Below are positions 19,261 through 29,834 of a DNA stretch of 64,000 bases, one piece after another (the first letter of the stretch is position 1; each line of letters opens with the position of its first letter). The notes beneath the pieces were generated by a model that was not told the DNA's origin, did not search any database, and was given only the letters and a program-made list of their open reading frames with translations. The stretch is from a virus (lineage: Duplodnaviria; Caudoviricetes), in IMG/VR virus record IMGVR_UViG_3300034155_000052, positions 3,776-67,775 of that record. One strand, given 5' to 3'. Both the position numbers and the translations under genes were made by a program.

Positions 19261-19494
19261 ATGGATGTTGTTAAAGGAAAGTTTGGTTTATTATTAGATG
19301 ATAAAGGTATTATTTGGAAACAAATATCTGAGGAAATAGATATTGATTGTCCAGAAGATATGTTTGTTGAGGTTCTTCATTGTAAAAGTGAAAACTCTTA
19401 TGATTATATTAAGCTTTCACGAGAAGAGAGTGAAGAAGTGCATTTCTTAAATAAATTATGGCATCAAAAAACCAATACACCACATCATGCCTAG
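19261..19494 (+). CDS. hypothetical protein
   Basis: 77-aa ORF. Confidence 0.6.
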   Translation: MDVVKGKFGLLLDDKGIIWKQISEEIDIDCPEDMFVEVLHCKSENSYDYIKLSREESEEVHFLNKLWHQKTNTPHHA

Positions 19495-19516
19495 GCATTT
19501 TTAAGTATTTTCAGGA

Positions 19517-20323
19517 ATGACAATTCTGGAATTAAAAACCTGTGTTGGGATAGGAGATTTAATATTTATATACTCTTATACTGAACAAGTAAAACATTTA
19601 TATTCAAAAATTAAGATATGTCCTGAATATTCTATTTTGTCAGCATACAGATCTGGATCTAAAGAGAGCTACGACTTTTCCAAAAAGTTTGTAGCTTTTT
19701 TGTTTTCTGAGCCTTATTATATTCTTGGAGAACATTGCAATGGCAAACCTTTAACATTATCATGGGATTTGTTCAATGGTGATATTAAAGCTCAATATGT
19801 TGATTTAAGATCAAAATTATGTTTACCTGAAAGGGTAGATATAGGAACTGATGATTATATTGTAATAAATACAAAAATAAGAGATTTTGATATACGATTT
19901 TGGAATAAAATAAAACATGATTTTTTTAAAACATTAAGATCAACATCTAAAAAAATTGTATTAATGGGAGAGCGCAGGATTGGTATAAATAAAGAACAAA
20001 ACATATATACTGTATATGAAGATTTAAAAGATGCGTTATATGGAATTGATCATTTAGATTTTACCAAAGAAGTTATATTAGATTATCCTAATTTTGATGA
20101 GTTGAGGAGAGATTTAACAATTATAAGGGATGCCAAAGCATCTATAAACTTTGGAGCCAGTGGGATGGCAGTATTATCACCCACTGTAGCAGATGTATCT
20201 ATAGGGTATAGATTAGATAATTATACTTTCTTTAATGATTTTCTATTAGGAATAAATAAAAATTCTTTGGTAACAAATAATATTGAAGATTTCCTTAGAT
20301 TTACCAGTGGTATTTGCTTATGA
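19517..20323 (+). CDS. GT9-like (GT-B) glycosyltransferase-like protein, paralogue A
   Basis: N-terminal GIGD motif; late DLTII..AKASINFGASG resembles the GT9 LI..A...I..DSG motif. Confidence 0.5.
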   Translation: MTILELKTCVGIGDLIFIYSYTEQVKHLYSKIKICPEYSILSAYRSGSKESYDFSKKFVAFLFSEPYYILGEHCNGKPLTLSWDLFNGDIKAQYVDLRSKLCLPERVDIGTDDYIVINTKIRDFDIRFWNKIKHDFFKTLRSTSKKIVLMGERRIGINKEQNIYTVYEDLKDALYGIDHLDFTKEVILDYPNFDELRRDLTIIRDAKASINFGASGMAVLSPTVADVSIGYRLDNYTFFNDFLLGINKNSLVTNNIEDFLRFTSGICL

Positions 20324-21144
20324 AATCTATATTTGAAACCAAAACCTGTGTTGGAATAGGTGATTTAATATTTACTTATTCTTTAACAGAGCAGGTTAAG
20401 CATATATATTCAGAAATTAAAATATGTCCTGATTATTCTATTTTAAAATCCGTAAGATCTGGATCAAAAGAAAGTTATCTTTTTACCAAACAATTTGTTT
20501 CTTTATTATTTAATGAATCATATTATACAGTATTGGATGAGTTGAATTTACCAACAATAAATCCAGAAGTATTATCTAAATCATTAAATAGAAAAATTAA
20601 ATTTGTTGATTTAACAAATAAGACAAATCTATTTATACCAATAGATATTGGTATTGAAGATTATGTGGTTATCAATACTAAAATAAGAGGGATAACAAGA
20701 ACAAATTTTGATTTGGTTAAAGACAGGTTTTTTGAAGTTATTAAAAATAGTAAAAGAAAAATTGTATTAATTGGAGAAAGAAATAATGGAATTAATAAAG
20801 AAGCTGAATATTGTAATATTTATACAATTTATAATGACCTTATAACGGTGTTAGCAGGAAAAGATTATATAGATTTTACCAAAGAAGTTATATTAGATGT
20901 TCCAAGTATAGATGAATTTAAAAGAGATATAACAATTATTAAAAACGCTAAAGGAAGTATAAGTTTTGGGGTTTCTGGAATAGTTACACTAAATACGGCT
21001 ATATCTAAAACATGTGCAGTATATAGATGTGATGATTTTGATTATTCTTATTTAGATAATTCGTTTATTGGTATGGGTACTAATAAAATGGTAACTACAA
21101 ACATTGATAAATTTATTGAATTTATTACCAAAATGTATTTTTAG
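20320..21144 (+). CDS. GT9-like glycosyltransferase-like protein, paralogue B
   Basis: Aligns along its length with 19517..20323 (KTCVGIGDLIF, RSGSKESY, VINTKIR, DFTKEVILD). Confidence 0.5.
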   Translation: MKSIFETKTCVGIGDLIFTYSLTEQVKHIYSEIKICPDYSILKSVRSGSKESYLFTKQFVSLLFNESYYTVLDELNLPTINPEVLSKSLNRKIKFVDLTNKTNLFIPIDIGIEDYVVINTKIRGITRTNFDLVKDRFFEVIKNSKRKIVLIGERNNGINKEAEYCNIYTIYNDLITVLAGKDYIDFTKEVILDVPSIDEFKRDITIIKNAKGSISFGVSGIVTLNTAISKTCAVYRCDDFDYSYLDNSFIGMGTNKMVTTNIDKFIEFITKMYF

Positions 21145-21152
21145 GGAGAAAT

Positions 21153-21488
21153 ATGCCACAAGATATAATTGATCAAAAAATTAAAGAATATGTAAAAATA
21201 ATTTGCTCACAAAAAACTCTTCCAGAAGTTAAAGAATATATAGAAACTGATAATTTAGGAGAGGTAATTGATAAATTAATAATTGTACATATTCGTACTT
21301 GGATGCTTGAAGATATGATTCATGATACTATATCAGATCAAGAATTAGCTAATATTAAACGTAAAATTGATATTTGTTTTAAACAAAAACGTCCAAAATT
21401 AATTGAGGCTATAAATCAATTGGTTCAAAAAGCCGTTATAGAAGGAAAATCTTTGATTGAAGATAATGTAAAATCCTACAAGGTTTAA
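21153..21488 (+). CDS. DUF4254-like protein
   Basis: LGEVIDKL..V..RTW.LED.I......KRKID...R.KLIEAIN. Confidence 0.6.
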   Translation: MPQDIIDQKIKEYVKIICSQKTLPEVKEYIETDNLGEVIDKLIIVHIRTWMLEDMIHDTISDQELANIKRKIDICFKQKRPKLIEAINQLVQKAVIEGKSLIEDNVKSYKV

Positions 21489-21500
21489 TATTTTTATACA

Positions 21501-21535
21501 AAAAAGGCCTCTTGATTTTTTCAAGAGGCCTTTTT
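21501..21535. terminator. bidirectional intrinsic terminator
   Basis: AAAAAGGCCTCTTGA-TTTTT-TCAAGAGGCCTTTTT between convergent genes. Confidence 0.85.
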
Positions 21536-21552
21536 CTATTTAAAAACTTAAA

Positions 21553-21900
21553 TTATTTAATGGTAATAGATCTTGTTTTAGCAGATTGCTTTTTTTGCAA
21601 CACTATAGATAATATACCGTTTTTCAATTCTGCTGAAATATCATCCTGATCAAATTCTGTTGATAATTTCCAGCTTTTTACAAACTTGCGCTGCTCTTTA
21701 GCTGTATAAATAGCTAATACATTATTATTTATTTCAATATTAATTTGATCTTTATCAAATCCAGGAATTTCAATTTTTAAAGTTAATTGATTATCTTTTT
21801 CCTCTGTTTTGTATTTTGTATACAAATCTTCAAAACACTTATGTACATAATTACCTAACAACACATCTTCAGGACATCTAAAATACCAATCGTGAAACAT
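21553..21900 (-). CDS. small heat-shock protein (Hsp20/alpha-crystallin)
   Basis: EIPGFDKDQINIE...F.KSWKL...DQDDISAELKNGILSIVL; AAGGAG RBS. Confidence 0.9.
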   Translation of the reverse strand: MFHDWYFRCPEDVLLGNYVHKCFEDLYTKYKTEEKDNQLTLKIEIPGFDKDQINIEINNNVLAIYTAKEQRKFVKSWKLSTEFDQDDISAELKNGILSIVLQKKQSAKTRSITIK

Positions 21901-22035
21901 ATTATTTTCTCCTTTTAAAATAAGAATTCTTTGGTAAAATCATATACCAAGAAGTTCTCTAACACTCGAAATATAAGCATCGTATTTTTCCTGTCAACAC
22001 CACCTGTGTGTTTTTTTTATTGGGGTTTGTAGCCC

Positions 22036-23280
22036 TCATACTACAATGGTTAATTTGTTTGAGCTTCTAGAAACAGCAGTATAAAGCCATCGTTTATAAG
22101 TATCATCATCTACAGGAGCCGGTCTTTCATTATAAACAATTATATTATCTAATTGATTACCTTGAAATTTATGACAAGTAGAAGCATACCCATAATCAAA
22201 TAACATTCCTGTTTCATTCCAATGACTTACATCCATTCCAAATTTCTTTAATTCATCAAAAGAACTAAATGTTTTTTGAAACCCAAATTGATGTTTACAG
22301 ATATTACTTATTGTTTTATTTATACCTTCATCTGGGAAGTTAACCCTTGCTTCAATAAAATCATCATCTAATTCAGTAATAGAAGAATGAATATAGCCTC
22401 TAAACCCATTATATATAGGATCTTTTACATGACCTTTAGAATTTCTTAAACAAACCACTAAATCATTAGCTACTGGTTGTTTTAAATATGATCCAAATAT
22501 CATTTTTCTAATTGTGGTATTTAAATTACACCTTGTAGTATTTTTATAACACAAAATAGCAGTATCTAATAATTTTATTGGATCTTTTTCTTTTAAATAG
22601 ATAGATTCAATTAATGGAATATATTCAGATTTTTTAATAATTTGAACATGATTGTTATTTTTATAATTAGTTGGAATTTTACCTGTTTCTCTAACTGTCA
22701 TAGCTAGAGAAATAATTGGATTTCCTTCAGCTTGACGATGTATTTTCTCTAGTTTAATGTGTGGTTCTTTCATTAGACAAAACTTACCTTCAATTGGAGG
22801 TAATTGGCCATGATCACCAACCGCGAGAATATCAACATTATAACTAGATAAGTCTTTAAAAATATCTTCAGATATCATTGAAGCCTCATCTAATACAATA
22901 ACATCATAATCTAAAACTTCTTTTTTTGCCCAATAAATAATTTCACCTTTATCATTTTCTATTGGTTTATATATTAATCTATGAATTGTTCCACAATAAT
23001 GAGATTCTTTATTGGATATAATTATACCATTTGCTTTTAATTTATTACCCAATACACTAGCGGCACGACCAGATAAAGCACAAAAAGCAAATCTAATTGA
23101 TTTATCAAATTCTTTTGCTAATAAAGAGACTAAAAATGTTTTTCCACAGCCTCCTAAGCCGGCTAATGTTAATAATTTTGGATTTTTTTGTTTAGAAGTA
23201 ACACATCCACCACCACCTAACCATTTGGCAATGAGCTTATATGCTTTTTCTTGATCTTTTGATAGTGTTATTTGAGACAT
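22036..23280 (-). CDS. Dda/RecD2-like SF1B helicase
   Basis: GLGGCGKT, TIHRLIY, VLDEASM, VGDHGQLPP, L.KIHRQ, YASTCHKFQG, WLYTAVSR; ATG start at 23280. Confidence 0.9.
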   Translation of the reverse strand: MSQITLSKDQEKAYKLIAKWLGGGGCVTSKQKNPKLLTLAGLGGCGKTFLVSLLAKEFDKSIRFAFCALSGRAASVLGNKLKANGIIISNKESHYCGTIHRLIYKPIENDKGEIIYWAKKEVLDYDVIVLDEASMISEDIFKDLSSYNVDILAVGDHGQLPPIEGKFCLMKEPHIKLEKIHRQAEGNPIISLAMTVRETGKIPTNYKNNNHVQIIKKSEYIPLIESIYLKEKDPIKLLDTAILCYKNTTRCNLNTTIRKMIFGSYLKQPVANDLVVCLRNSKGHVKDPIYNGFRGYIHSSITELDDDFIEARVNFPDEGINKTISNICKHQFGFQKTFSSFDELKKFGMDVSHWNETGMLFDYGYASTCHKFQGNQLDNIIVYNERPAPVDDDTYKRWLYTAVSRSSNKLTIVV

Positions 23281-23346
23281 TATGTTATAATATTCACGAG
23301 ACAAGTTGATCGACACGCTTTATTTAAAATAATAGGAGAATTAAAC

Positions 23347-24126
23347 TTGAGCAAATGGAGACCTGCAAATAGTTGTATATATGTTATTCCAGATATACAT
23401 GGAATGAAATGCGAATTAGAGTTAATTCTTAATCGGATTATTCCATTAAGGAAAAGTGAAGGAAATATTGATAAATTAATATTCCTAGGAGATTATATTG
23501 ATCGAAGAGCAGCTTCTGATAGTGTACTCGATTTGGTAATGGAAATCAAGGAAGATCAACCTGATCAGGTTTTTTGTTTAAAAGGCAATCATGAACAATT
23601 ATTATTAGAAGCAAGTTCACCAAAAGCCACAGTTCACGCTTATAATATGTGGATGAAAAATGGAGGTGAACATACATTTTATGGATATCTAAAAAGAGCT
23701 AATAGTAATGTTGATAATCCGTACTTAATACCAAGAAAAAATATAGACGTTTATGTTCCAAAAGAGCATATGTCTTTTCTTTTATCTTTACTACCTTATT
23801 ATGAAACAAATGAATATATATTTGTACATGGTGGATGTGATCCATTTATTCCTTTAAATAAACAAGATCCAAATACATTAATATGGGATAGAAGCGTTTA
23901 TAAAAACGTTACTAGAATGAAAGAGTTTAATTTTAATTGCCCTTGGAGTAAGACTATAGTAACGGGACACAATGGAGAAACACATGGAAAACCATTTATT
24001 TATGATAAGTTTATGATGTTAGATTGCTCTCCTGTCGAGAAACTTATTGTTCTAGAGCTTAATTCTAGAGAATGCTTTTCTGCAAGAGCTGGAAAAAATC
24101 GATTGGTTAAAGAACCATTAATTTAG
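23347..24126 (+). CDS. calcineurin-like metallophosphoesterase (phage Ser/Thr phosphatase type)
   Basis: DIHG, GDYIDR, GNHE, VHGG, GH motifs; TTG start at 23347 after AGGAG. Confidence 0.9.
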   Translation: MSKWRPANSCIYVIPDIHGMKCELELILNRIIPLRKSEGNIDKLIFLGDYIDRRAASDSVLDLVMEIKEDQPDQVFCLKGNHEQLLLEASSPKATVHAYNMWMKNGGEHTFYGYLKRANSNVDNPYLIPRKNIDVYVPKEHMSFLLSLLPYYETNEYIFVHGGCDPFIPLNKQDPNTLIWDRSVYKNVTRMKEFNFNCPWSKTIVTGHNGETHGKPFIYDKFMMLDCSPVEKLIVLELNSRECFSARAGKNRLVKEPLI

Positions 24127-24165
24127 AATATTGGTATTATGTTTAAGAAATTTGCATCAAATATA

Positions 24166-24194
24166 TTGACAGATCTTTCAGATGAGTGTATAGT
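24166..24194 (+). promoter_or_regulatory. possible sigma70 promoter
   Basis: TTGACA-17 nt-TATAGT; lies inside a possible short 52-aa ORF, so chance cannot be excluded. Confidence 0.45.
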
Positions 24195-24328
24195 GAAAGC
24201 ATTGTTATCTCAAAACTCAGAAGATTCTGAACTATATAACAAAATCGCTTTAAAAATTAATAATATAGTTAAATCTTTAGATTCAACAAAAAATTAAAAC
24301 TGTAAAAAGGAAAGAATTGTGAGACCAA

Positions 24329-24580
24329 ATGAATAAAGAAACATCGTTTCTAGAACAATACGAAAGAAACCTACTGAAGGCTTGTCAAGATCTTCACATG
24401 GATATTACTGGAGCAAGCGATACCTTATCTTTAATGCAAAGAATAGAGTTGGTAGGATTTCTAAAACAAAAGATTTTTAATTGGCGTAGTTTAATATGCC
24501 ATTCAAAAGCATATGATGATGCGGTAAAAAGATTAATAGAAATAACCATTAGTGAATCTACTGGAACATTGGTTAAATAA
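24329..24580 (+). CDS. hypothetical protein
   Basis: 83-aa ORF. Confidence 0.6.
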   Translation: MNKETSFLEQYERNLLKACQDLHMDITGASDTLSLMQRIELVGFLKQKIFNWRSLICHSKAYDDAVKRLIEITISESTGTLVK

Positions 24581-24581
24581 T

Positions 24582-24815
24582 ATGGAATATATTTATAGAG
24601 AGTGTGGTGGAATGTGGTTAGTTAATATAATAAGTGATTCAACTAGCCAAGTGAAAAACGGTATAATGAGAACCGTTACATTATCATGTATTAAAACTAT
24701 AAGAGCCCCTATTGGTATATCAAATATAGAAGATAATTCTATTTGGAAAGCAGAATCTTTGCAAGGATATGAATTATATGCAGGTTGGTATTTATCACCA
24801 GCAAATCAACCATAA
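24582..24815 (+). CDS. hypothetical protein
   Basis: ORF track 24552..24815; ATG at 24582. Confidence 0.55.
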   Translation: MEYIYRECGGMWLVNIISDSTSQVKNGIMRTVTLSCIKTIRAPIGISNIEDNSIWKAESLQGYELYAGWYLSPANQP

Positions 24816-24934
24816 TATTCACCAGATTAATTAATTTCTCATCAAAATCCTTGTGTATTTTAATAGTTTGTGGTCGAGGACTTCAGAGAAACAATCAATT
24901 ATATTGATAATATCGCTTTTTTTGAAAGTTAAAA

Positions 24935-27079
24935 ATGACAGCATTAATTATTGTAGAATCTCCGGCAAAAATTAAAACAATTTCAAAAATCCTTGGTCCA
25001 AATTATGTTATTAGAGCTACAGTTGGACACATTATAGATTTAGCAAAAGGTAAAGGAGGAGATCTTGGAATAGATATTTTAAATGGTTTTAAACCAAGAT
25101 ATGAAGTTTTACCAGATAAAAAAGATAAAATTAAAGCAATTGTGGATGCCGCAAAATCAGTTGATATTATTTATGTAGCTTCCGATCCTGATAGAGAAGG
25201 TGAAGCTATAGCTTTTCATATAGCCAATCAATTAAAACATTTAAATAAACCAATTAAACGCATTGAGTTTAATCAAATTACCAAAAAAGTAATTGAGAAT
25301 GCCGTAGAAAACCCACGTGATTTTGATCAAAATCTATTTGATGCTCAACAAGCGCGTAGGGTTTTAGATCGTATTGTTGGTTTTATGGTTTCTCCATTTA
25401 TTTCAAAGAAATTAAATGATAAACTAAGCGCTGGAAGAGTACAATCTGTTGTTTTACGTATGATTGTTGATAGGGATCGGGAAATATCTTCATTTGTTCC
25501 TGATGTTTATTATAATATAAATGCAACATTATCAAAAACACAAGATAAAGCAGATTGTTTTGTTGCTAAATTTCAACAAAGAGTGGAAAACGAACAAGAA
25601 GCTATTAAAATTAAAGAAGATTTGGACAAATCAACATATGAAATATTTGATATTCAAACTAAACCAACTCCTAGAAAAGCAAATCCTCCGCTTACTACTT
25701 CAGCTCTCCTACAAGAAGCCTCCACAAAACTAAAGTTTAAAGCCGATAGAACTACTAAAGCAGCTCAATCATTATATGAAGGTGGGTATATTACCTACAT
25801 TCGTACAGATGCTGTTAGGAATTCAGAGGAATCAATTATAGAGGTAAGGAAGTATATTACTTCAAATGGATTTAGTATTCCAAAATCTCCTAATGAATAT
25901 CAAAACAAAGATGGGGCACAAGACGCACATGAAGCTATTAGACCTACACATGTAGATATGTTACCAGAAAAAATTCCTGTTGAAACAGATCAGCAAAATG
26001 TATATGAATTAATTTGGAGAATGTTTGTAGCATCTCAAATGGAGCCGGCTATTTTTGAGGTTGTTAAGGTTAGTATTAAAGCTTCTTCTGGTCATCATCT
26101 TGTTGCGGAAGGGAAAATCCTTAGAGAAGAAGGTTGGATGAGTGTTATGAAACCTCTCCTTAAAAAGGATAAGGATGTTATACTTCCAATTTTAAATATA
26201 AAAGATAAACTTTCTTTGGTAACACCCAAAGTTAAAATGGAGAAAAGCCAAACAAAACCACCGGCTAGATATTCGGAAGCATCTTTAATAGCAGAATTAG
26301 AAAGAAAAGAAATAGGAAGACCGTCTACGTATGCTAGTACAATTTCTAGAATAGCTACAAGAAGATATGTTAAAGATACTCCAAATGGTTTAGTACCAAC
26401 AGATTTAGGGTTTACTGTAATAGATAATTTAAAAGATTCTTTTTCTTTTATGGATTATTTATATACAGCTAATATGGAAAAGAAACTAGATGAAATAGCT
26501 CATGGTAAATTGGAATATATTCCAATGATGACGGAGTTTTTTGAAGGATTCAAAAATGAATTTCAAAAAGCACGAGGGGAACAGGGCATGAATGCAGGTA
26601 TAAAATGTCCTAAATGTGGAAGTGATATGGTTGTAAGAAAATCTAAATATGGATTTTTTGCAGGGTGTGTAAGATATAAGGGTGGGTGTGATGGAATTGT
26701 AAGCATTCTTGTTGAAGATGGTAAAGTATTAGAAAAAGAACACAAAGCTAAAGTAGATGATAGTATTAAATGTCCAGATTGTGGATCTGGAATGGTATAT
26801 AGACCAGATGGAAGGTTTGGTCCATTTTATTCTTGTTCTAATTATCCTAAGTGTTATGGTAAAAGAAAAACTCCATTTGGAAAGACATGTTCTAAATGTG
26901 GAAATGAATTATATGCTACATTATTTAATGGAAATCTAAAATTAGCATGTATGGGATATCCTAACTGTAAAAATATTGAAGATATTCCAAGTGGGTCTAA
27001 TGTAGATTGGTTAGACCCTGAAAAAATAACCCCACCAACATATGATAAAAAAGTTGAAAAGGTTTTGTTAAAATATTAA
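24935..27079 (+). CDS. topA: DNA topoisomerase I (type IA) with C-terminal zinc ribbons
   Basis: IVESPAK, ASDPDREGEAIA, SAGRVQS, ITYIRTD (catalytic Tyr), AHEAIRPT, IGRPSTYA, repeated CP.CG zinc ribbons. Confidence 0.95.
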   Translation: MTALIIVESPAKIKTISKILGPNYVIRATVGHIIDLAKGKGGDLGIDILNGFKPRYEVLPDKKDKIKAIVDAAKSVDIIYVASDPDREGEAIAFHIANQLKHLNKPIKRIEFNQITKKVIENAVENPRDFDQNLFDAQQARRVLDRIVGFMVSPFISKKLNDKLSAGRVQSVVLRMIVDRDREISSFVPDVYYNINATLSKTQDKADCFVAKFQQRVENEQEAIKIKEDLDKSTYEIFDIQTKPTPRKANPPLTTSALLQEASTKLKFKADRTTKAAQSLYEGGYITYIRTDAVRNSEESIIEVRKYITSNGFSIPKSPNEYQNKDGAQDAHEAIRPTHVDMLPEKIPVETDQQNVYELIWRMFVASQMEPAIFEVVKVSIKASSGHHLVAEGKILREEGWMSVMKPLLKKDKDVILPILNIKDKLSLVTPKVKMEKSQTKPPARYSEASLIAELERKEIGRPSTYASTISRIATRRYVKDTPNGLVPTDLGFTVIDNLKDSFSFMDYLYTANMEKKLDEIAHGKLEYIPMMTEFFEGFKNEFQKARGEQGMNAGIKCPKCGSDMVVRKSKYGFFAGCVRYKGGCDGIVSILVEDGKVLEKEHKAKVDDSIKCPDCGSGMVYRPDGRFGPFYSCSNYPKCYGKRKTPFGKTCSKCGNELYATLFNGNLKLACMGYPNCKNIEDIPSGSNVDWLDPEKITPPTYDKKVEKVLLKY

Positions 27080-27090
27080 AGGTATAAATT

Positions 27091-28119
27091 ATGAAAAATG
27101 ATTTAAGCGAAGAGGTTATTAGAGAAAATTCATATGATTTAGACTGGTATAATGTATCAGAATATGAAAAATTAAGTGAAAGTTTAATTAGAGAATTTTC
27201 TAATAAAGTAAATTGGACAATGATATCAAGATATCAAAAACTTAGTGAAAACTTTATTAGAGAATTTTCTGATAAGGTAAACTGGGAGTTTATATCAAGT
27301 TCTCAAAAATTAAGTGAAAACTTTATTAGAGAATTTTCTAATAAGGTATATTGGGAGTTAATATCGCAGTTTCAAATTTTAAGTGAAGAATTTATTATAG
27401 AGTTTTTTAATTGGTTAAATATGGATGTGATATCACAACATCAAAAGTTAAGTGAAGAATTTATTAGAAAATATCCTCATAAGGTATATTGGTATAATGT
27501 ATCAGAATATCAAAAATTAAGTGAAAACTTTATTAAAGAATTTTCTGATAAAGTAGATTGGGGTGGTATATCAATTGATCAAAAACTTAGCGAAGAATTT
27601 ATTAGAGAATTTTCTGATAAGGTAGATTGGGGTTGTATATCAAAATATCAAAAGTTAAGTGAGGGGTTTATAAGAGAGTTTTCTGATAAAATATTTTGGA
27701 AATACATATCTAAATATCAAAAGTTAAGCCAAGAATATGATTTATATATTCCCGAAACATGTTGGTTGTATAAAGATAAAGAACTTAAACGAGAATATAT
27801 TAAGAAAAATACAAATTATGAGATAATTGGAGATAAAGTAATTGCATATAAATCTTGTAAGGAAAATGGATATTCTAAATTTAATTTCCAATATTTATAT
27901 GAGATCGGGAAAGAATATGAAAGTCATGCAGATTATAATTTAAATGATCCAAATAGTTTTGGATTATCTGCTTGGACAAAAGAAAGAGCATTAGAGTATT
28001 ATAATAAAGGCAAACTATTTAAAGTAGAAATAGATTTAGAAGATATTGCTGCGGTTGTATATGAAGGAAACAAGATTAGAGCGAGTAAGATTAAAATATT
28101 AGAAGAGATTAATATTTAA
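27091..28119 (+). CDS. 22-aa Trp-repeat protein, paralogue 2 (about 9 repeats)
   Basis: Same repeats and C-terminal domain as 16510. Confidence 0.85.
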   Translation: MKNDLSEEVIRENSYDLDWYNVSEYEKLSESLIREFSNKVNWTMISRYQKLSENFIREFSDKVNWEFISSSQKLSENFIREFSNKVYWELISQFQILSEEFIIEFFNWLNMDVISQHQKLSEEFIRKYPHKVYWYNVSEYQKLSENFIKEFSDKVDWGGISIDQKLSEEFIREFSDKVDWGCISKYQKLSEGFIREFSDKIFWKYISKYQKLSQEYDLYIPETCWLYKDKELKREYIKKNTNYEIIGDKVIAYKSCKENGYSKFNFQYLYEIGKEYESHADYNLNDPNSFGLSAWTKERALEYYNKGKLFKVEIDLEDIAAVVYEGNKIRASKIKILEEINI

Positions 28120-28146
28120 ATATTTTTACCAAAGAAGATTTATATC

Positions 28147-29092
28147 ATGTTAAATGCAGAAAAAATTCATTATGATGAAAGTTGGTATAGTATATCAACT
28201 TACTATAAATTAAGCGAAGAATTTATTAGGGATAATTCTGATAAAGTACATTGGGAAACTATATCAACTAATCAAAAATTAAGCGAAAATTTAATTAGAG
28301 AGTTTTCTGATAAAGTATATTGGGGTTTATTATCAGAATGTCAAAAGCTTAGTGAAAAATTTATTATAGAATTTACCGATAAAGTAAATTGGGTATATGT
28401 GTCAAAAACACAAAAGCTAAGCGAAGAGTTTATAAGAGAAAACTCTGAAAAGGTTAATTGGTGGAAAATATCAGAAATTAAGCGAAGCGTTTATAAGGGA
28501 AAATTCTAATAAGGTACATTGGATAAATATATCAATTTTTCAAAAACTAAGTGAAGAATTTATTAGAGAATTTTCTGATAAAGTAAATTGGTATTATATA
28601 TCAAAAGATCAAAAGTTAAGCGAAAATTTTATTAGAGAATTTTCTGATAAAATACACATTAATAATGTATCAAAATATCAAAAGTTAAGCCAAGAGTTTA
28701 TTAAAGAATATAATTTAGAAATATGTCCCACATGTTGGTTATATAAGGATAAGGAATTTAAGAGACAATATATTAAGAAAATTAAATGTTATGAAATTAT
28801 TGGAGATAAAATAATTGCATATAAATCTTGTAGATTAGATGGACATTCTAAATTTAATTTCCAATATTGTTATAAAGTTGGGGGAGAATACGAATGTCAT
28901 GCAGATTATAATATAACTAATATAGATAGCTTTGGATTATCAGCATGGACAAAGGAAAGAGCGTTATTATATTATGATAGAGGGAAGTTATTTAAGGTAG
29001 AGATAGATTTAGAAGATATTGCAGCAATAATTTGTGAAGGAAACAAGATTAGAGCTTCCAAAATTAAAATATTAGAAGAAATTATTATCTAA
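28147..29092 (+). pseudogene. 22-aa Trp-repeat protein, paralogue 3, frameshifted near 28468
   Basis: Repeats and the full C-domain continue in another frame to TAA at 29090..29092. Confidence 0.8.
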
Positions 29093-29340
29093 TGAAAAAA
29101 ATACAAATACCAAATACATTAAAAAATATATTATTAGTGGAAAATACTAGTAGACAAAATAAATTGTGGTTAGTTACTACTTGGAAACATTTTGAAAACT
29201 GGTATATTGATTGGAAATGGGCTGGAGAACCAATGAAATCTAGAATGTTATTTAAATTTGCTCCAGAAGACAAATGGATTGAAGCAAAAAGTTTTGAAGA
29301 AGATTTATTTCCAACATATAAATTTGCTAAAGATAAATAA
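29092..29340 (+). CDS. hypothetical protein
   Basis: 82-aa ORF, start overlaps the upstream stop. Confidence 0.6.
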   Translation: MKKIQIPNTLKNILLVENTSRQNKLWLVTTWKHFENWYIDWKWAGEPMKSRMLFKFAPEDKWIEAKSFEEDLFPTYKFAKDK

Positions 29341-29353
29341 AAAGGTTTAAAAA

Positions 29354-29791
29354 ATGATTTTAACACACCCGAAATCAGTTGAGTATGTTTTTGTAGTTTG
29401 TCAAGATACAAAACCTTTATGTGGAGAATATATAGATCCTCGTGGACATTTTTGGTATGTTAGAAACGTAAAGGAAGATAACGATCTTATTCTTACAGAT
29501 CCAGGACCTACTAGATGGAAAATACAAGTAACACCAGAAAACCCATCGTATACTATTTGTTATAACGATAAATTACAAATGATTTTTAATCCTTATGAAA
29601 TAGGCATTAGACGAGAGAAGCTAAGAGCATTATTAATTAATAAGGTTGGTTTTAAATATGTTGGAGTGTCTAATGACGGTATTTCTCTTGAAGCAAATTT
29701 TAATACTGTTTTGTCCAAACATGATTTAAAAGAAATAAATGATATTGATATTGATGGGATGCCAGTAATAGTTAAATACATTGAAGATTAG
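29354..29791 (+). CDS. hypothetical protein
   Basis: 145-aa ORF with AAAGGT RBS. Confidence 0.7.
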   Translation: MILTHPKSVEYVFVVCQDTKPLCGEYIDPRGHFWYVRNVKEDNDLILTDPGPTRWKIQVTPENPSYTICYNDKLQMIFNPYEIGIRREKLRALLINKVGFKYVGVSNDGISLEANFNTVLSKHDLKEINDIDIDGMPVIVKYIED

Positions 29792-29834
29792 TATCCTTTA
29801 AAAGAGTTGATATATATGATAGTGGACGTTTTAA

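Noticed and set aside
27091-29092. CRISPR array suggested by 66-nt periodic repeats
   Set aside because: The repeats are in-frame coding units of the 22-aa protein repeat, with no unique spacers
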